Positions 10,981 through 29,519 of a DNA stretch of 64,000 bases are shown piece by piece (position 1 is the first letter of the stretch; each line of letters starts with the position of its first letter). The notes under the pieces are model-generated. The model was given only the letters and a program-made list of their open reading frames with translations. It searched no databases and was not told the DNA's origin. Source of the DNA: the human T2T-CHM13v2.0 reference genome, Homo sapiens. The translations under genes were made by a program, and so were the position numbers. The stretch lies in the NCBI RefSeq assembly GCF_009914755.1, contig NC_060928.1. One strand, 5' to 3'.

Positions 10981-13900
10981 CTTTTATTATTGTAAATTAA
11001 CAAATTATGGTTGTATATATTTATGGAGTACAAAGTGATGTTATGATTAATACAATGTAGAAAATTTAATCAAGCTATATAACATATCATTACCTCAAAT
11101 ACTTATTTCATGTAGTGAAGACATTTGGGATTTACTCTTCATGATTTTGGAATGTACCATACACTGTTATTAACTATAGTCACCACATTGGGCAATAGAT
11201 CAAAAAAAAACCCATTATTTCCCCCAAGGCTTTAAACCCTTTCACTGTCATCTCCCCATTCTCCCCATTTCCTAGCCTCTGATAATCACCATCCTTTGTG
11301 TTATGACTTTGACTGTTTAAATTCCAAACAGGAGTGGGAACATGTGGTATTTATCTTTATATTCCTAGCTTATTTCACATAGCATAATGTTCTCCAATTC
11401 CATCCATGTTCAAATCACAGAATTTATTCCTTTCATAAGGCTGAATATATTCCCTTGTGTATATGTACCATATTTTTAATGCATTCATCTGTTGATAGAC
11501 ACTTTGCTTGATTCCATATTTTGGCTGTTATGAACAGTTCTGCAAAGAACACTGGAGTGCAAACATTTCTTTGACATACTGATTTCAAACCTTTTGGGTA
11601 AAGACTTGGAAGTGAGGTTGCTAGATCATATGGTAACTATATTTTTACTTTTTTCACAAACCTCCCTGTTGTTTTTCATAAAGGCTGTAACTTACATTCT
11701 CACCAACAGTGTACAAGGATTCCCTTTTCCCCATATACTTCCCAACATTTATGTTTTTTATATATATAATAGCCATTCTAACAGAAGAGACAAGCTCTGG
11801 TTTAATTTTCATTTCCCTAATGATTAGTGATGTTGAGCATTTTTTCATCTAGCTGTTGCCTATTTGTATGTCTTCTTTTAAGAAGTATCTATTTCAGCTC
11901 GCTTACTCATTTTAAAATCAGATTGTTTTCTTTCTATATAGTCATTTGGGTTTTTTATGCATTTTGAATATTAACCTTTTATCAAATGTATAGCTTGCAA
12001 ATATTTTCTACCAATCTATATGTTATATCTTCGCTTTTATTTGTTTCATTTGTTGTGTAGAAGCCTTTTTTCTTGATACATTTGTCTGTTTTTGCTTTTG
12101 TTGTCTATGTTCTTGGAGTCCAATCTTAATAATTATTGCCCATCCCAATGTCATAGAGATTTTCCCCTAAGTTTTATTTTGTAGGTTTATAGTTCCAAGT
12201 CTTTTGTTTAAGTTCTTAATCCATTTTGGGTAAATTTTTGTACATGATGTGAGATAAGGGTCCAATTTTATTCTTCTGCATATGGATATCCAGTTTTCCC
12301 AACATAATTTATTGAAAATACAGCCTATTTCCCATTGTGTATTCTGGACACCTTTGTCAAAAATCAATTGACTGTACATGTGTGGGTTCATTTCTGGACT
12401 CCCCATTTTGTTTCATTGACTGATGTGTCTGTTTTATGCCAGTACCATGCTGTTTAATTACTATCAGTTTGTGATATAGTTTGAAAGCAGGAATTTTGAG
12501 GCCTCCAGCTTTGGGTTTTTTGGTCATGATTGCCTTGGTTATTGTGGTTCTTTTGTGGTTCCATATGAATTCCAAGATCATTTTTTTCCATTTTTCTGAA
12601 ATATGGCATTGGAATTTTGATAAGGATTGCATTGAAGTAGATCACTTCAAACAGTATGGACATTTTAACAATATTTTTTCTTTCAATCCATGAACATAAC
12701 ATTTCTTTCCATTTATTTGTATCTTCTTCAACTTATTTCATTAATGTTTTATAGGTTTCAGGGTACAGGTATTCCACTACTTTGGTTAAATTTATTTTTA
12801 AGAGGTTTTCTATCTTTTTGTAGCTGTTGTAAATGGGATTGCTTTCTTGATTTCTTTCTCAGAACGTGTGTTGTTAGTGTATAGAAACGCTATGGAATTT
12901 TCTTGTTAATGTATCCTGCAACTTTTCTGTATTTGTTTATTAGTTCTAACAGGTTTTTGGCAAATTCTTTAAGGTTTTTTATGTATAAGATCATGTCTCT
13001 AGCAAACAGGGACATTTTCACTTCTTTCTTTCCTATTTGGGTGCTTTTTACTTCTTTCTCTTGCCTACTTGCTCTGGCTAGGATTTCCATTACTATGTTG
13101 AATAGAAGTGATAAAGAGTGGTTACTCTTATCTTGTTCTGGATCTTAGAGAAAAGAGCTTCAATTTTTTCACCATTGACTATAATGTGAGCTGTGAGTTT
13201 ATCATAGACGGCCTTTATTGTGTTGAGGTGCATTCCTTCTATACCTAATTTGTTGAGAGGGTTTTTTTTAATCATTAAAACGTATTTGAATTTTGTCAGA
13301 TAAATTTTCTGTGATATGACCATACTTTTTTTGTTCTTCATTCTATTGTTACGAGGTATCACATTTATTGAGTTGTATGTATTGAACCACCCCAGAATCC
13401 CAGGGTTAAACCCACTTGATAATGGTGAATGATCCTTTTCAAGTGCTGTTGAACTCACTTTTCTAGTATTTTGCTGAGGATTTTTGCATCTATTTTCATC
13501 AAAGAAATTAGCCTAAAGTTTCCCTTTCTTGTGATATCCTTGTCTACATTTGGTAAAACGATGTTACTAGTCTCATAAAAAGAGTCTGGAAGTATTCTCT
13601 CATTTTCAGTTTTTCAGAAGAGCTTATAAGGATTATGCTAGTTTGAATGACATTTGCCCCACTAAAACTAATATTAAAATTTAATCCCCAGTGTGGCAGT
13701 TTTGGGGAGTGGAGCCTAGTAAAAGGTGTTTGGGTCATGGGTTACATCTCTCATGAATAAATTAAGATTAAGACCCTCCCACAGGGGTTAGTGTGTTCTT
13801 CCTCTTGTGAGGATGGATTAATTATCACTGGCATGGGTTGTTATAAATAATCTGGTTTCTCTGGTTTCTCTCTCTTGCTTCCTCTCTCACGATATCATCT

Positions 13901-14326
13901 CTCGGCACACATGTGCTCCCCTTCCACTTCTCACCATGAGTTGAAGCAATGTGAGGTCCTCTCCAGATGCAACTGCCCAATTTTGAACCTTGCAGTCACC
14001 AGAATTGTTAGCAAAATACACTTACTTTCTTTATAAATTACCCAACCTCAGTCTGTTATAACAACACTAAATAGACTAAGGGATTATTTGTTATTTAAAT
14101 GCTAGATTATTAGATCTTTAAATGGTAGACTTCAGCAGTGAAGTCATCAGGTCCTGGGCCTTTCTTTGATGATAGACTTTGTTTATTATTGATTCAATCT
14201 TCTTACTAGTGATTGATCTATTCAAACTTTATATTTCTTCATGGTTCAGTCTTGGTAGACTGTATGTGTCTTAGAATTTGTCCATTTCTTCTAGGTTACC
14301 CAACTTCTTGGCATATAATTGTTCAT
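10981..14326 (-). mobile_element. 5'-truncated L1MA-type LINE-1 (3'UTR plus ORF2 RT/C-terminal remnant), interrupted by an MST LTR
   Basis: Minus-strand ORF fragments are L1 ORF2-like ([16 protein letters not shown]-like, KLDPYLT, CSTSLIIREM); L1MA-type 3'UTR. Confidence 0.9.
13636..14081 (+). mobile_element. MaLR solo LTR (MSTB/MSTC-like) inserted in L1MA
   Basis: MST-like ends (TGCTAGTTTGAATG ... GACTAAG); GGATTA on both flanks (13630-35, 14081-86); L1 sequence resumes afterwards. Confidence 0.8.
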
Positions 14327-14376
14327 CTCACTCTATTCTCTCCTCTCCTAAAAGCTGATAACTTTCATGGCATTAA

Positions 14377-14399
14377 ACACACACACACACACACACACA
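14377..14399. repeat. (CA)n microsatellite
   Basis: Seen directly. Confidence 0.9.
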
Positions 14400-15671
14400 A
14401 TTTCAAAGAAACTGATTTTTAAAGCATAGAAAAAATGTGTTGAGATTACATTTGTTATAAGTTAAAGTTAAAGTTATCTTAGAAGTATATATATATATAC
14501 ACATATATATATGTTAATCATTAACAACACTTCAAAGAGATGACAGTGATAGTAACATGCCCTTGAATTTCGTTAAGGTATATCTTAGATTTAACCAAGA
14601 CACACTAGTTTACAGGAGCTGGAAAATATATTCTAAAGTGTCTTTTGGAAGATTCGTAGAAAATACTGAAAATGCAAAATGGGATAATGTACATAATTTT
14701 CTTATTTTTCAGAAGTTAAAGGGAAAAGACATTTCCTTGATCAAAATGAAAGGTGAAAGTAAAAGTGAAACACACGAGCTAGGCAGAGATGGAGTACAAA
14801 GCATTTTGAATTTAGAATTTGTTTTGTATGAAGAATTTTTTAAGAGATGCTCAAATAATTAAGTTTCCAGAGACAACATCTTTTTCCATGAAGTTATTAA
14901 GGCTATGAAAAGACCTGTAAATTTTCTCTTTTGCATTTAAGATTACTGGGTTTTATAAAATTTTGATGTCTGCTAGGTGATTTATATGGCTGGAAAGCAG
15001 ACAACAGAAAATATATATTTTTTAAACAGAATAACTCACTTTTTATTTACTTAAAAACTTATAAAAAGTTAACTGAAATATTGACTGATTTGTCTAGGCA
15101 TTTCATTAAACTTGTTAGGTCTATTGGGATACATATCAACCCAGCATATAACTAAATAAAGAAGTGGTTATATGTGTCAGTAAATACAATTAAACAAATT
15201 AATTAATGTAGACAATTCAATTTTATTTCAATGAAAAATAAGTAAAACAATTCTTTTTGGAATTTAAGCAAGAAATAAGGACTTGATGCAGCATATTTAA
15301 TAGATTTAGGATTGACTTTGGTTATTTCTGAACTTTCTAATATTTCAGGAACTAAGAGCTGACTGTCAAAATTGTTAATTTAGAATACTTGTACTTTAAA
15401 TGTGAGTATAATATAATTTACAATTATACCCAATACATTATTTGCCATGTGTAAATCAAGTAATCAAGAGTTTCATATATTCTTATTTTTTTTTCAAAAA
15501 GCAATTACAAGAATAGAAGAAAGGTGATGTGATTATAATATACTAATGACAGAATTTAGTCTCTTAGCTGATGTTTCATATGCTTCAAAGTATGAGTGCC
15601 ACAACCATATAATAACAGGGAAAAACAACTCATGATTTACATTTCTTCATGAACAAAACCTTAAAATGAAT

Positions 15672-15911
15672 ATCACCTTAAGGTCAGGAGTTCAAGACCA
15701 GCCTGGTTAACATGGTGAAACCACACCTCTACTAAAAATACAAAAAGTAGCTGGGTATTTAAGTGCATGCCTGTAATCCCAGCTACTCTGGAGGCCGAGG
15801 CAGAAGAATTGCTTGAACTGGGAGGTGGAGTTTGCAGTGAGCCAAGATTGCACCACTGCATAACAACCTGGGTGACAGAGTGACACTCCACCTCAAAAAA
15901 AAAAAAAAAAA
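15672..15911 (+). mobile_element. 5'-truncated AluS
   Basis: Starts at about Alu position 60 (ATCACCT-AGGTCAGGAGTTC); full right arm and A-tail; TSD GAATATCACCT/GAATATTACCT. Confidence 0.9.
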
Positions 15912-16230
15912 GAATATTACCTCAATTATGGAAGTACTTTTAACTCAATCTTCAAAGCATATATAAAATGTTGAGATTATATAGTCTTAAGTTAGAGGAA
16001 AAGTGGTACAGATTAAATATATATTTACCATCAAATAAATATCTTTATTATTCTCTTGTTTTTATTGGCTTATTGTAAATTTCTCTCTTTATTTTCCATA
16101 TGCATAATCTACCTGGGTCAGGAAAGAAGATATAATAAATAAATAGGAGATACACACACACTCAAAACTGTGTTTTCATTCTTGAATATGAAAAGATAAT
16201 TAAAAGCATCCTTATTGAAAAATAAAAAGA

Positions 16231-17264
16231 GAGGGCAGCCAAGATGGCCGAATAGGAACAGCTCCAGTCTACAGCTCCCAGCTTGAGCGACGCAGAAGAT
16301 GGGTGATTTCTGCATTTCCATCTGAGGTACTGGGTTCATCTCACTAGGGAGTGCCAGACAGTGGGTGCAGGACAGTGGGTGCAGCACACCGTGCATGAGC
16401 CGAAGCAGGGCGAGGCATTGCCTCACTCAGGAAGTGCAAGGGGTCAGGGAGTTCCCTTTCCTAGTCAAAGAAAGGGGTGACAGACAGCACCTGGAAAATC
16501 AGGTCACTCCCACCCTAATACTGCACTTTTCTGACGGGCTTAAAAAACGGCGCACCAGGAGATTATATCCCGCACATGGCTCGGAGGGTCCTATGCCCAC
16601 GGAGTCTCCCTGATCGCTAGCACAGCAGTCTGAGATCAAACTGCAAGGTGGCAGCGAGGCTGGGGGAGGGGCACCCGCCATTGCCCAGGCTTGCTTAGGT
16701 AAACAAAGCAGCCAGGAAGCTCGAACTGGGTGGAGTCCACCACAGCTCAAGGAGGCCTGCCTGCCTCTGTAGGCTCCACCTCTGGGGGCAGGGCACAGAC
16801 AAACAAAAAGACAGCAGTAACCTCTGCAGACTTAAATGTCCCTGTCTGATAGCTTTGACGAGAGCAGTGGTTCTCCCAACACGCAGCTGGAGATCTGAGA
16901 ATGGGCAGACTGCCTCCTCAAGTGGGTCCCTGACCCCTGACCCCTGAGCAGCCTAACTGGGAGGCACCACCCAGTAGGGGCAGACTGACACCTCACATGG
17001 CCAGGTACTCCTCTGAGACAAAACTTCCAGAGGAACGATCAGACAGCAGCATTCGCGGTTCACAAAAATCCGCTGTTCTGCAGCCACCACTGCTGATACC
17101 CAGGCAAACAGGGTCTGGAGTGGACCTATGGCAAACTCCAACTGACCTGCAGCTCAGGGTCCTGTCTGTTAGAAGGAAAACTAACAAACAGAAAGGACAT
17201 CCACACCAAAAACCCATCTGTACATCACCATCATCAAAGACCAAAAGTAGATAAAACCACAAAG
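16231..17264 (+). promoter_or_regulatory. L1 5'UTR: internal sense promoter with YY1 site and antisense promoter
   Basis: YY1 motif AAGATGGCCG at 16241-50; 1034-bp UTR; many CpG>TpG changes. Confidence 0.85.
16499..16681 (-). CDS. L1 ORF0 (antisense), 60 aa, truncated by a premature TGA
   Basis: MAGAPPPASLPPCSLISDCCAS...IRVGVT matches the primate L1 ORF0 peptide. Confidence 0.7.
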   Translation of the reverse strand: MAGAPPPASLPPCSLISDCCASDQGDSVGIGPSEPCAGYNLLVRRFLSPSEKCSIRVGVT

Positions 17265-18281
17265 ATGGGGAAAAAACGGAGCAGAAAAACTGGAAACTCT
17301 AAAAAGCAGAGCAACTCTCCTCCTCCAAAGGAACGCAGTTCCCCACCAGCAATGGAACAAAGCTGGATGGAGAATGAGTATGACGAGTTGAGAGAAGAAG
17401 GCTTCAGATGATCAAACTACACCAAGCTACAGGAGGAAATTCAAACGAAAGGCAAAGAAGTTAAAAACTTTGACAAAAATTTAGACGAATGTATAACTAG
17501 AATAACCAATACAGAGAAGTGCTTAAATGAGCTGATGGAGCTGAAAGCCAAGGCTCAAGAACTACGTGAAGAATGCAGAAGCCTCAGGAGCCAATGCGAT
17601 CAACTGGAAGAAAGGGTATCAGTGATGGAAGATGAAATGAATGAAATGAAGTGAGAAGGGAAGTTTAGAGAAAAAACAATAAAAAGAAATGAATAAAGCC
17701 TCCAAGAAATATGGGACTATGTGAAAAGACCAAATCTACGTCTAATTGGTGTACCTGAAAGTGATGGGGAGAATGGAACCAAGTTGGAAAACACTCTGCA
17801 GGATATTATCCAGGAGAACTTCCCCAGTCTAGCAAGGCAGGCCAACATTCAGATTCAGGAAATACAGAGAACGCCACAAAGATACTCCTCGAGAAGAGCA
17901 ACTCTAAGACACATAATTGTCAGATTCACCAAAGTGGAAATGAAGGAAAAAATGTTAAGGGCAGCCAGAGAGAAAGGTTGGGTTACCCACAAAGGGAAGC
18001 CCATCAGACTAACAGCGGATCTCTCGGCAGAAACTCTGCAAGCCAGAAGAGAGTGGGGGCCAATATTCAACATTCTTAAAGAAACGAATTTTCAATCCAG
18101 AATTTCATATCCAGCCACACTAAGCTTCGTAAGTGAAGGAGAAATAAAATACTTTACAGACAAGCAAATGCTGAGAGATTTTGTCACCACCAGGCCTGCC
18201 CTAAAAGAGCTCCTGAAGGAAGCACTAAACATGGAAAGGAACAACCGGTACCAGCTGCTGCCAAATAATGCCAAAATGTAA
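17265..18281 (+). pseudogene. L1 ORF1p (RNA-binding chaperone), disrupted
   Basis: 338-codon frame preserved, with stops at 17409 (TGA), 17652 (TGA) and 17694 (TAA); C-terminal 186 codons open. Confidence 0.92.
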
Positions 18282-18344
18282 AGACCATCGAGACTAGGAA
18301 GAAACTGCACCAACTAAAAAGCAAAATAACCAGCTAACATCATA

Positions 18345-22171
<3,827 letters not shown>

Positions 22172-24659
22172 ACAATGAGAACACATGGACACAGGAAGGG
22201 GAACATCACACTCTGGGGACTGTTGTGGGGTGGGGGGAGGGGGAAGGATAGCATTAGGAGATATAACTAATGCTAAATGAGGAGTTAATGGGTGCAGCAC
22301 ACAAGCATGGCATATGTATGCATATGTAACTAACCTGCACATTGTGCACATGTACCCTAAAACTTAAAGTATAATAATAATAAAATAAAATAAAAAAGAA
22401 AAATAAAAAGAAACTTCCATTTAAAAGGTAACTTTTGCCACCGGATCTCCAAGTGTTCTATATCCCCTAATCAAAACTCATAATATCGTGGAAATATAAA
22501 TTGTAGCATAATGAGTGTTCACCAGGTAGAGAGAATGCATGTTTCTATATTTTGACATAGACTTGTGGAAATTAGAGAAATTTTTTTCAGCTAACCTACT
22601 TAAGAACCTTATGGTACATAGACACCTATATGTATTTTGTATTGATTTTCTTCCTGGATATATTTATATTGTTACCATAGTGTTTTGTTTAATTTTGTTG
22701 ATAAAAACCATGTGAAATGAAGATAACTAATGAAAAAAACCAGGTATGATCATTTTATCTGCCCATATTAGCAATTTTGAACATTATTTCAAAGTGTCCC
22801 AGTTGCCTTACAATCCTTAATTATTTGGCTAACTGTATCATTTTATTTTGTGCGCACTGAACAGAAGAGAAAAAGCATCAAGTTAATACAATTATCCTAT
22901 CACTGTAAAAATTGGTCCCATTTTCTTAAAAACAATTTATTTCTTATTTTAACAAAATAGGAGACTATATTTTTGTTTTGTTTTGTTTTTGAATCGCAGA
23001 CTGTAAATTGAATAAGATTAAAACTTTTTTTTGTGACAAAGTAATACACCTTTTATTGGATGCCTTGGGAAACCAAACTTTTTAGTTTAGTTTGTTTTCT
23101 AGAAAAGCTTCTTTAGTGATTCAAAGTTTGGGAAGCTTGTCTGGTGGCCCTACATTAAGGAAAGGACATCAAAATCCCCAAAGGGAACCAACCTTATCGT
23201 GAGAAGGGAGACTCTAGGCTGGAGACACCAAGAACATAAAGTTGGGGCTCAAGTATATAGGACTATTATATCAATCTTAGGGAGTAAATTACTTATGGAA
23301 GCCCTGAATAACAATCCATCAAATGAAACAAACGCCATTTTGAATTTGTGTAGCAGGACCATAAGCAAATAGCACCTGTGAAGGAATGACATTTTCTATT
23401 TTGTTCTCTACTTGGAGCATGGGAGAAGAACTGAGCTCTTGGGACTGAATAACTTAACAATTCTTGGACAAATAGACAGAGGAGGAAGATATACTAGTAT
23501 TTATGTTGCTAATGGTCAGTTGTGCCTTGGTGTTTACTTAGAAAAGTAAATGATATACAACTACATTTAAATCCTGGGTTCATAAAACTCACTATAATAG
23601 TCTATTATACCAGATATTCTGTCATATCTAGCTCTGATTTAATTCAGCAAGTGTTTATTGAAGATGTATTATGTATCAGGAATTTTAATAATGCTACAAA
23701 ATCCATAATATATTCTGTCAATCAGTTTTTCATAGGAGAATTCTGTTAATATGTTCAAGGTTAAGCTAATTCATGCTAACATAAACTTCTATTATAAAGC
23801 AAAATTTCTGAAATGCTTCATAAATATTTTTAAGTCCAAATAAGATCAAATATATTGTACATTTCTATTCTCTGTGTTCTAGACTCTTTAAAGTACCAGC
23901 TTTGCTATGCTCCATTTTTTTTGCCTTAATAGGTGCATTAGTTTATCAAATACGGTTTTATCGATTATTAAAGAGAGATGCTTCTTCTACCCTTACAGAA
24001 GACATAGTGATTATGCTCTCATGACATAAAATCATTTGGGTAAAGAAGAAAAAATGTCTCGTTATCCAGATGTTGAGTTTAAATAATACTAAACATCTGG
24101 TGTTGTATGATAAATTTTTCTTCACTCTGAAAAGCTTTAATTTGAGAGACCGAAGACTCAAATGTCAGCCCTAAAATATGTCATAGCCTAAAATTAACAC
24201 ACAAGTATTTGTAATATGTTGGAGGAGTTATTTCAAGAGGTGGCTGACACAGAAATGCATAATCTGATGCTCTGAACCTCACCCAAAAGAATCATCCTAT
24301 GAGTACACAAGCAGAGAGATTTTCACCTAAACATTTTGGCTTTTAAGTTTCCTGTCATTTATTTGTCCAATGGCTTCTCTTATCCATATGCCCAGATTCT
24401 AAGTGTTAATAACTGTCCAACTCTCAAAATACATAATTTATCATTTATTCAGAGTGGTTAGGACTGGAAAGTTTGCAAGTTCTTACACAAAGACCACAAA
24501 AATTAAGTAGCAAAGGTATTTTTAAAATAAGATTTGCCATGTAGTATGGGATATAATTTACTTACTATGATGAAAATAAGAAATTTTTAAACAGCTAAAC
24601 ATATGATTGAAAACCAAGTGTTTACTATAAACATACCTGTCACAAATTTTACATACAAC

Positions 24660-25750
<1,091 letters not shown>

Positions 25751-25879
25751 GACTAAATTCATTTATTATAAAAAATTATCCATAGAAGTGTTTGAAATTT
25801 CCACCTAGGAAACCTTACCATCTGAGGATAATTTTGATGGTACATTTAAATATGAAAACAAATCAATAAAACACCAAGA

Positions 25880-27790
25880 GACATAAAATGTTCATGATTT
25901 TGATGTAAGGTGACCATTTTTAACAAAACACAAAAAAAATCACAAAGGGAACAATTGATCAATAGAACTATGTATTAATTTTTTATTGCTGTGTAACAAT
26001 TACTGCAAATTTAGTGGCTTAAAACAACACCTGTTTACCAGCTTTCAGTCTTGTAGATCAGAAGGCCAGAAATGGCAGAGCTAGGTTCTCTGCTTAGGGT
26101 CTCTTAACATTAAAAATAAAGTGTCAGCTGCCCTGTAGTATCATCTGGGAGTTTCTGATCCCATATGGTCTGATATATTTCAGTTCCTTGTGGTTGTGGG
26201 AATGAGGTTCTCTTTGAGAGGGGCCACTCTTAGGTTCTAGCTCTGGTGACAACAAAGGGCAGAAATTTGGGGCCATCTTAGAATTCTGCCTACCACAGCT
26301 GTATTTAAATTAGTTACGTTCTTTCATTAATAGAAGACTTTTGCAATATATGTAACCATAAATAACTCATGTTTATAAATTATAAGGAACTTCTAGAAAT
26401 GAATGAGGACGAACATAAGGAATATCTGACAGAATCTTATCAGTATTGAGAATCTACAGCATTATGAAGATAAGAAATCAAGTGAAGGAAATTTTTACAG
26501 TATATATGTATATGACCATAAAGAGATCCTATTTGTAAGTTATAGGGAACTTAGAGAAATCAATGGGAAAACATGGAGAAAGTCATACAACATAGAGACT
26601 CATATAGATTTAAATAGGCCTTTAATAATTTTACTTCATCCAAATGACCATTAAAACATAAAAAGTGGATTGTAGTTATTACACAGAATCAGATAGTTGA
26701 AAGTACAGAGTACGTCCACATAAAGCTTCACTAGACTTAACAGATGCAGTGAAGAAAATAAGTAATAGCACAAATCAGAAAGGTCTAAGACTTTCAGGTG
26801 CAGGACTTGGGTCCTTTGACTATTTCATCGTGTATGCCTTATCTTAGGATTATTAACCACAAGGTTACAATTTTATTGAGTCTCTCTTATATTTCATCAG
26901 TCATGTATCTAAAAGCATACGTGTAACCAGATAAACCAGGTGCAGAACATCCATGTACGCATTTTTACAGAACATCCTATCCACACTGGTGTCCGGTGCT
27001 TCTAGGCAGATTCTGATATTGAACTGCATAGTATAAATCACTACCTAGTATATTTCACCCTGATCTTGGCCAGAGATTAATACCGTAGTTCCAGACACCA
27101 TTGGAGAAAAAGCCTAAAGTTCCCCTCAACTAGCTGGAAGTTAACACTCTGTCTGTATTTTGTTCAATCCCCTTACTAATCAGAGAAAAAATGAAATAAA
27201 ACCTCATTTGCGTATCCATAGTCCATTAAGTGGATTCAAATTTAAAGACTGAGAAGGTGTACATATTATGACCGAAATTTCTATTCCTGCATACATGCCC
27301 AGTAGAAATGTATGTACATATACTTCTTACATGTAAGCAATAATAGCTGAAAATTATAAATAACCCAGATTCCATCATAGCAGTATGTTTAAATAAGTCG
27401 TGGTATTTTCATATACTTAATTACCACCTAACAATGAAAATAAACCACACGACAGGCAACAATATAGTAGAAACTCCCAAACATAATATTCGGCATACGA
27501 TGTTAACTTAAAAGAATAGATGAATCTATTTATACAAATTTCAAAACAAGGCAACACCAAACTACAGTGTTTAGGGATGAATTTGTAGCTGATAAAATAA
27601 TAAGCATAAGCAACTAAGCGGTTACCATGAAAATCTTTTGAAGAGCAGGGAGAAGGTATTGATTAGCTGGAGAAATGAAGTAGGTTTCCCAGTGGAGTCT
27701 GTCTGGATGTTCAATTTGAAATAATTTATTGAGCTGTGTGCTATACTTTTGAGCACTTTTCTGTTATGTGTTTATCACTCATAATTGGAA
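25880..27790 (+). mobile_element. Fragmented L1ME-type 3' region
   Basis: Degenerate ORF2-end and L1ME3-like 3'UTR motifs (AAAACAAGGCAACACCAAACTACAGTGTTTAGGGATG); interrupted by an MLT1E LTR and an unclassified segment. Confidence 0.5.
25971..26297 (-). mobile_element. MaLR LTR, MLT1E-like, internally deleted
   Basis: Ends TGTATTAATT..ATTGCTG and GGGGCCATCTTAGAATTCTGCCTACCACA. Confidence 0.75.
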
Positions 27791-28003
27791 GATATAAAAT
27801 GTTCAAAATATTCAGTTGAATTTCATAAATATGTCATGATTTTATACAAATTGAGTTTCAGTTTACCTCTAAATAAAACAAAGTGACAATATTTAATACA
27901 TACATAATTAGAGAGATGGTCACATGAAATTACATTACTTATCAATTGTGACATCAGAAGTGTGAATTTTAATACATAGTTATCCCCATAAAAGAAGTCA
28001 GCA

Positions 28004-28692
<689 letters not shown>

Positions 28693-29519
28693 TGAAATCT
28701 GCAGAGATTATACGACAAGGTGCTGCAACACTTGTCAATATTCTACTTGCTTAGCTTTACTTTACTTTTTCAAATTGTTTCACCCTTAACATTAAGAGTA
28801 TCTCCTTTGTTCCCAGAATTTATGAGATTTTTCACCACCTGAAATAGTGTTTGACAGGCATTTTCCATCTGTCTGCTTTGAACTACACCTCTCTCTCCTC
28901 ATCATCCCATTTGGGCTGACAACACACTGTTGATTAGTCTTCTGATGCCTAGGACATCACTTCATCACTGCACTTTCTACTCAGAGTAAATCATTAAGTA
29001 TTTTTATAGTGTTAGTTTGAAAGTTGAATAATCATTTTTAAAAAGCAATTTGGAACACCTTTGCTGTTTGGATGCCTTTGATGTCTACTAATGGATGTTA
29101 TTTTTCTGTCAAATTTTGCATAACATTTTTAACGGAAATATATAAATTTTTTATATGAGAACAATTTGGAAAGTTTATAACTTTTATTCTGAAGTCTTGG
29201 TGCATAAAGAGAAAAAATCCACTTTGATCTGCTTCCTCAGATTAAAGTATTAATAAAACCAAGAGAGCAAGTTTAAACTTTCTTTATAAGTTGGTTCCTT
29301 TTTGTCTATAACATTACAAAGATGTAATTTTGTGCAGTAGGGGGAATTGGAAAGCTGAAAAGGGCTGAAGGTCTTTGAGTGGTCAAGAAGTAATGATTCT
29401 GTCACAGCCAAAAGAACAGTGAGATGAGAGAAACAAAACAATCATTGTCAAATTTAAGAATGTTTATTTTTTTCTCTTCCCCAAACTGCCAACAAGGAAA
29501 GTATTATTCTTTCTCCAGA

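Noticed and set aside
14557-14862. 101-aa ATG ORF in unique sequence, with an acceptor-like TTTTCTTATTTTTCAG at ~14712
   Set aside because: No recognisable domain, only a weak donor downstream, and a length compatible with chance in 64 kb.
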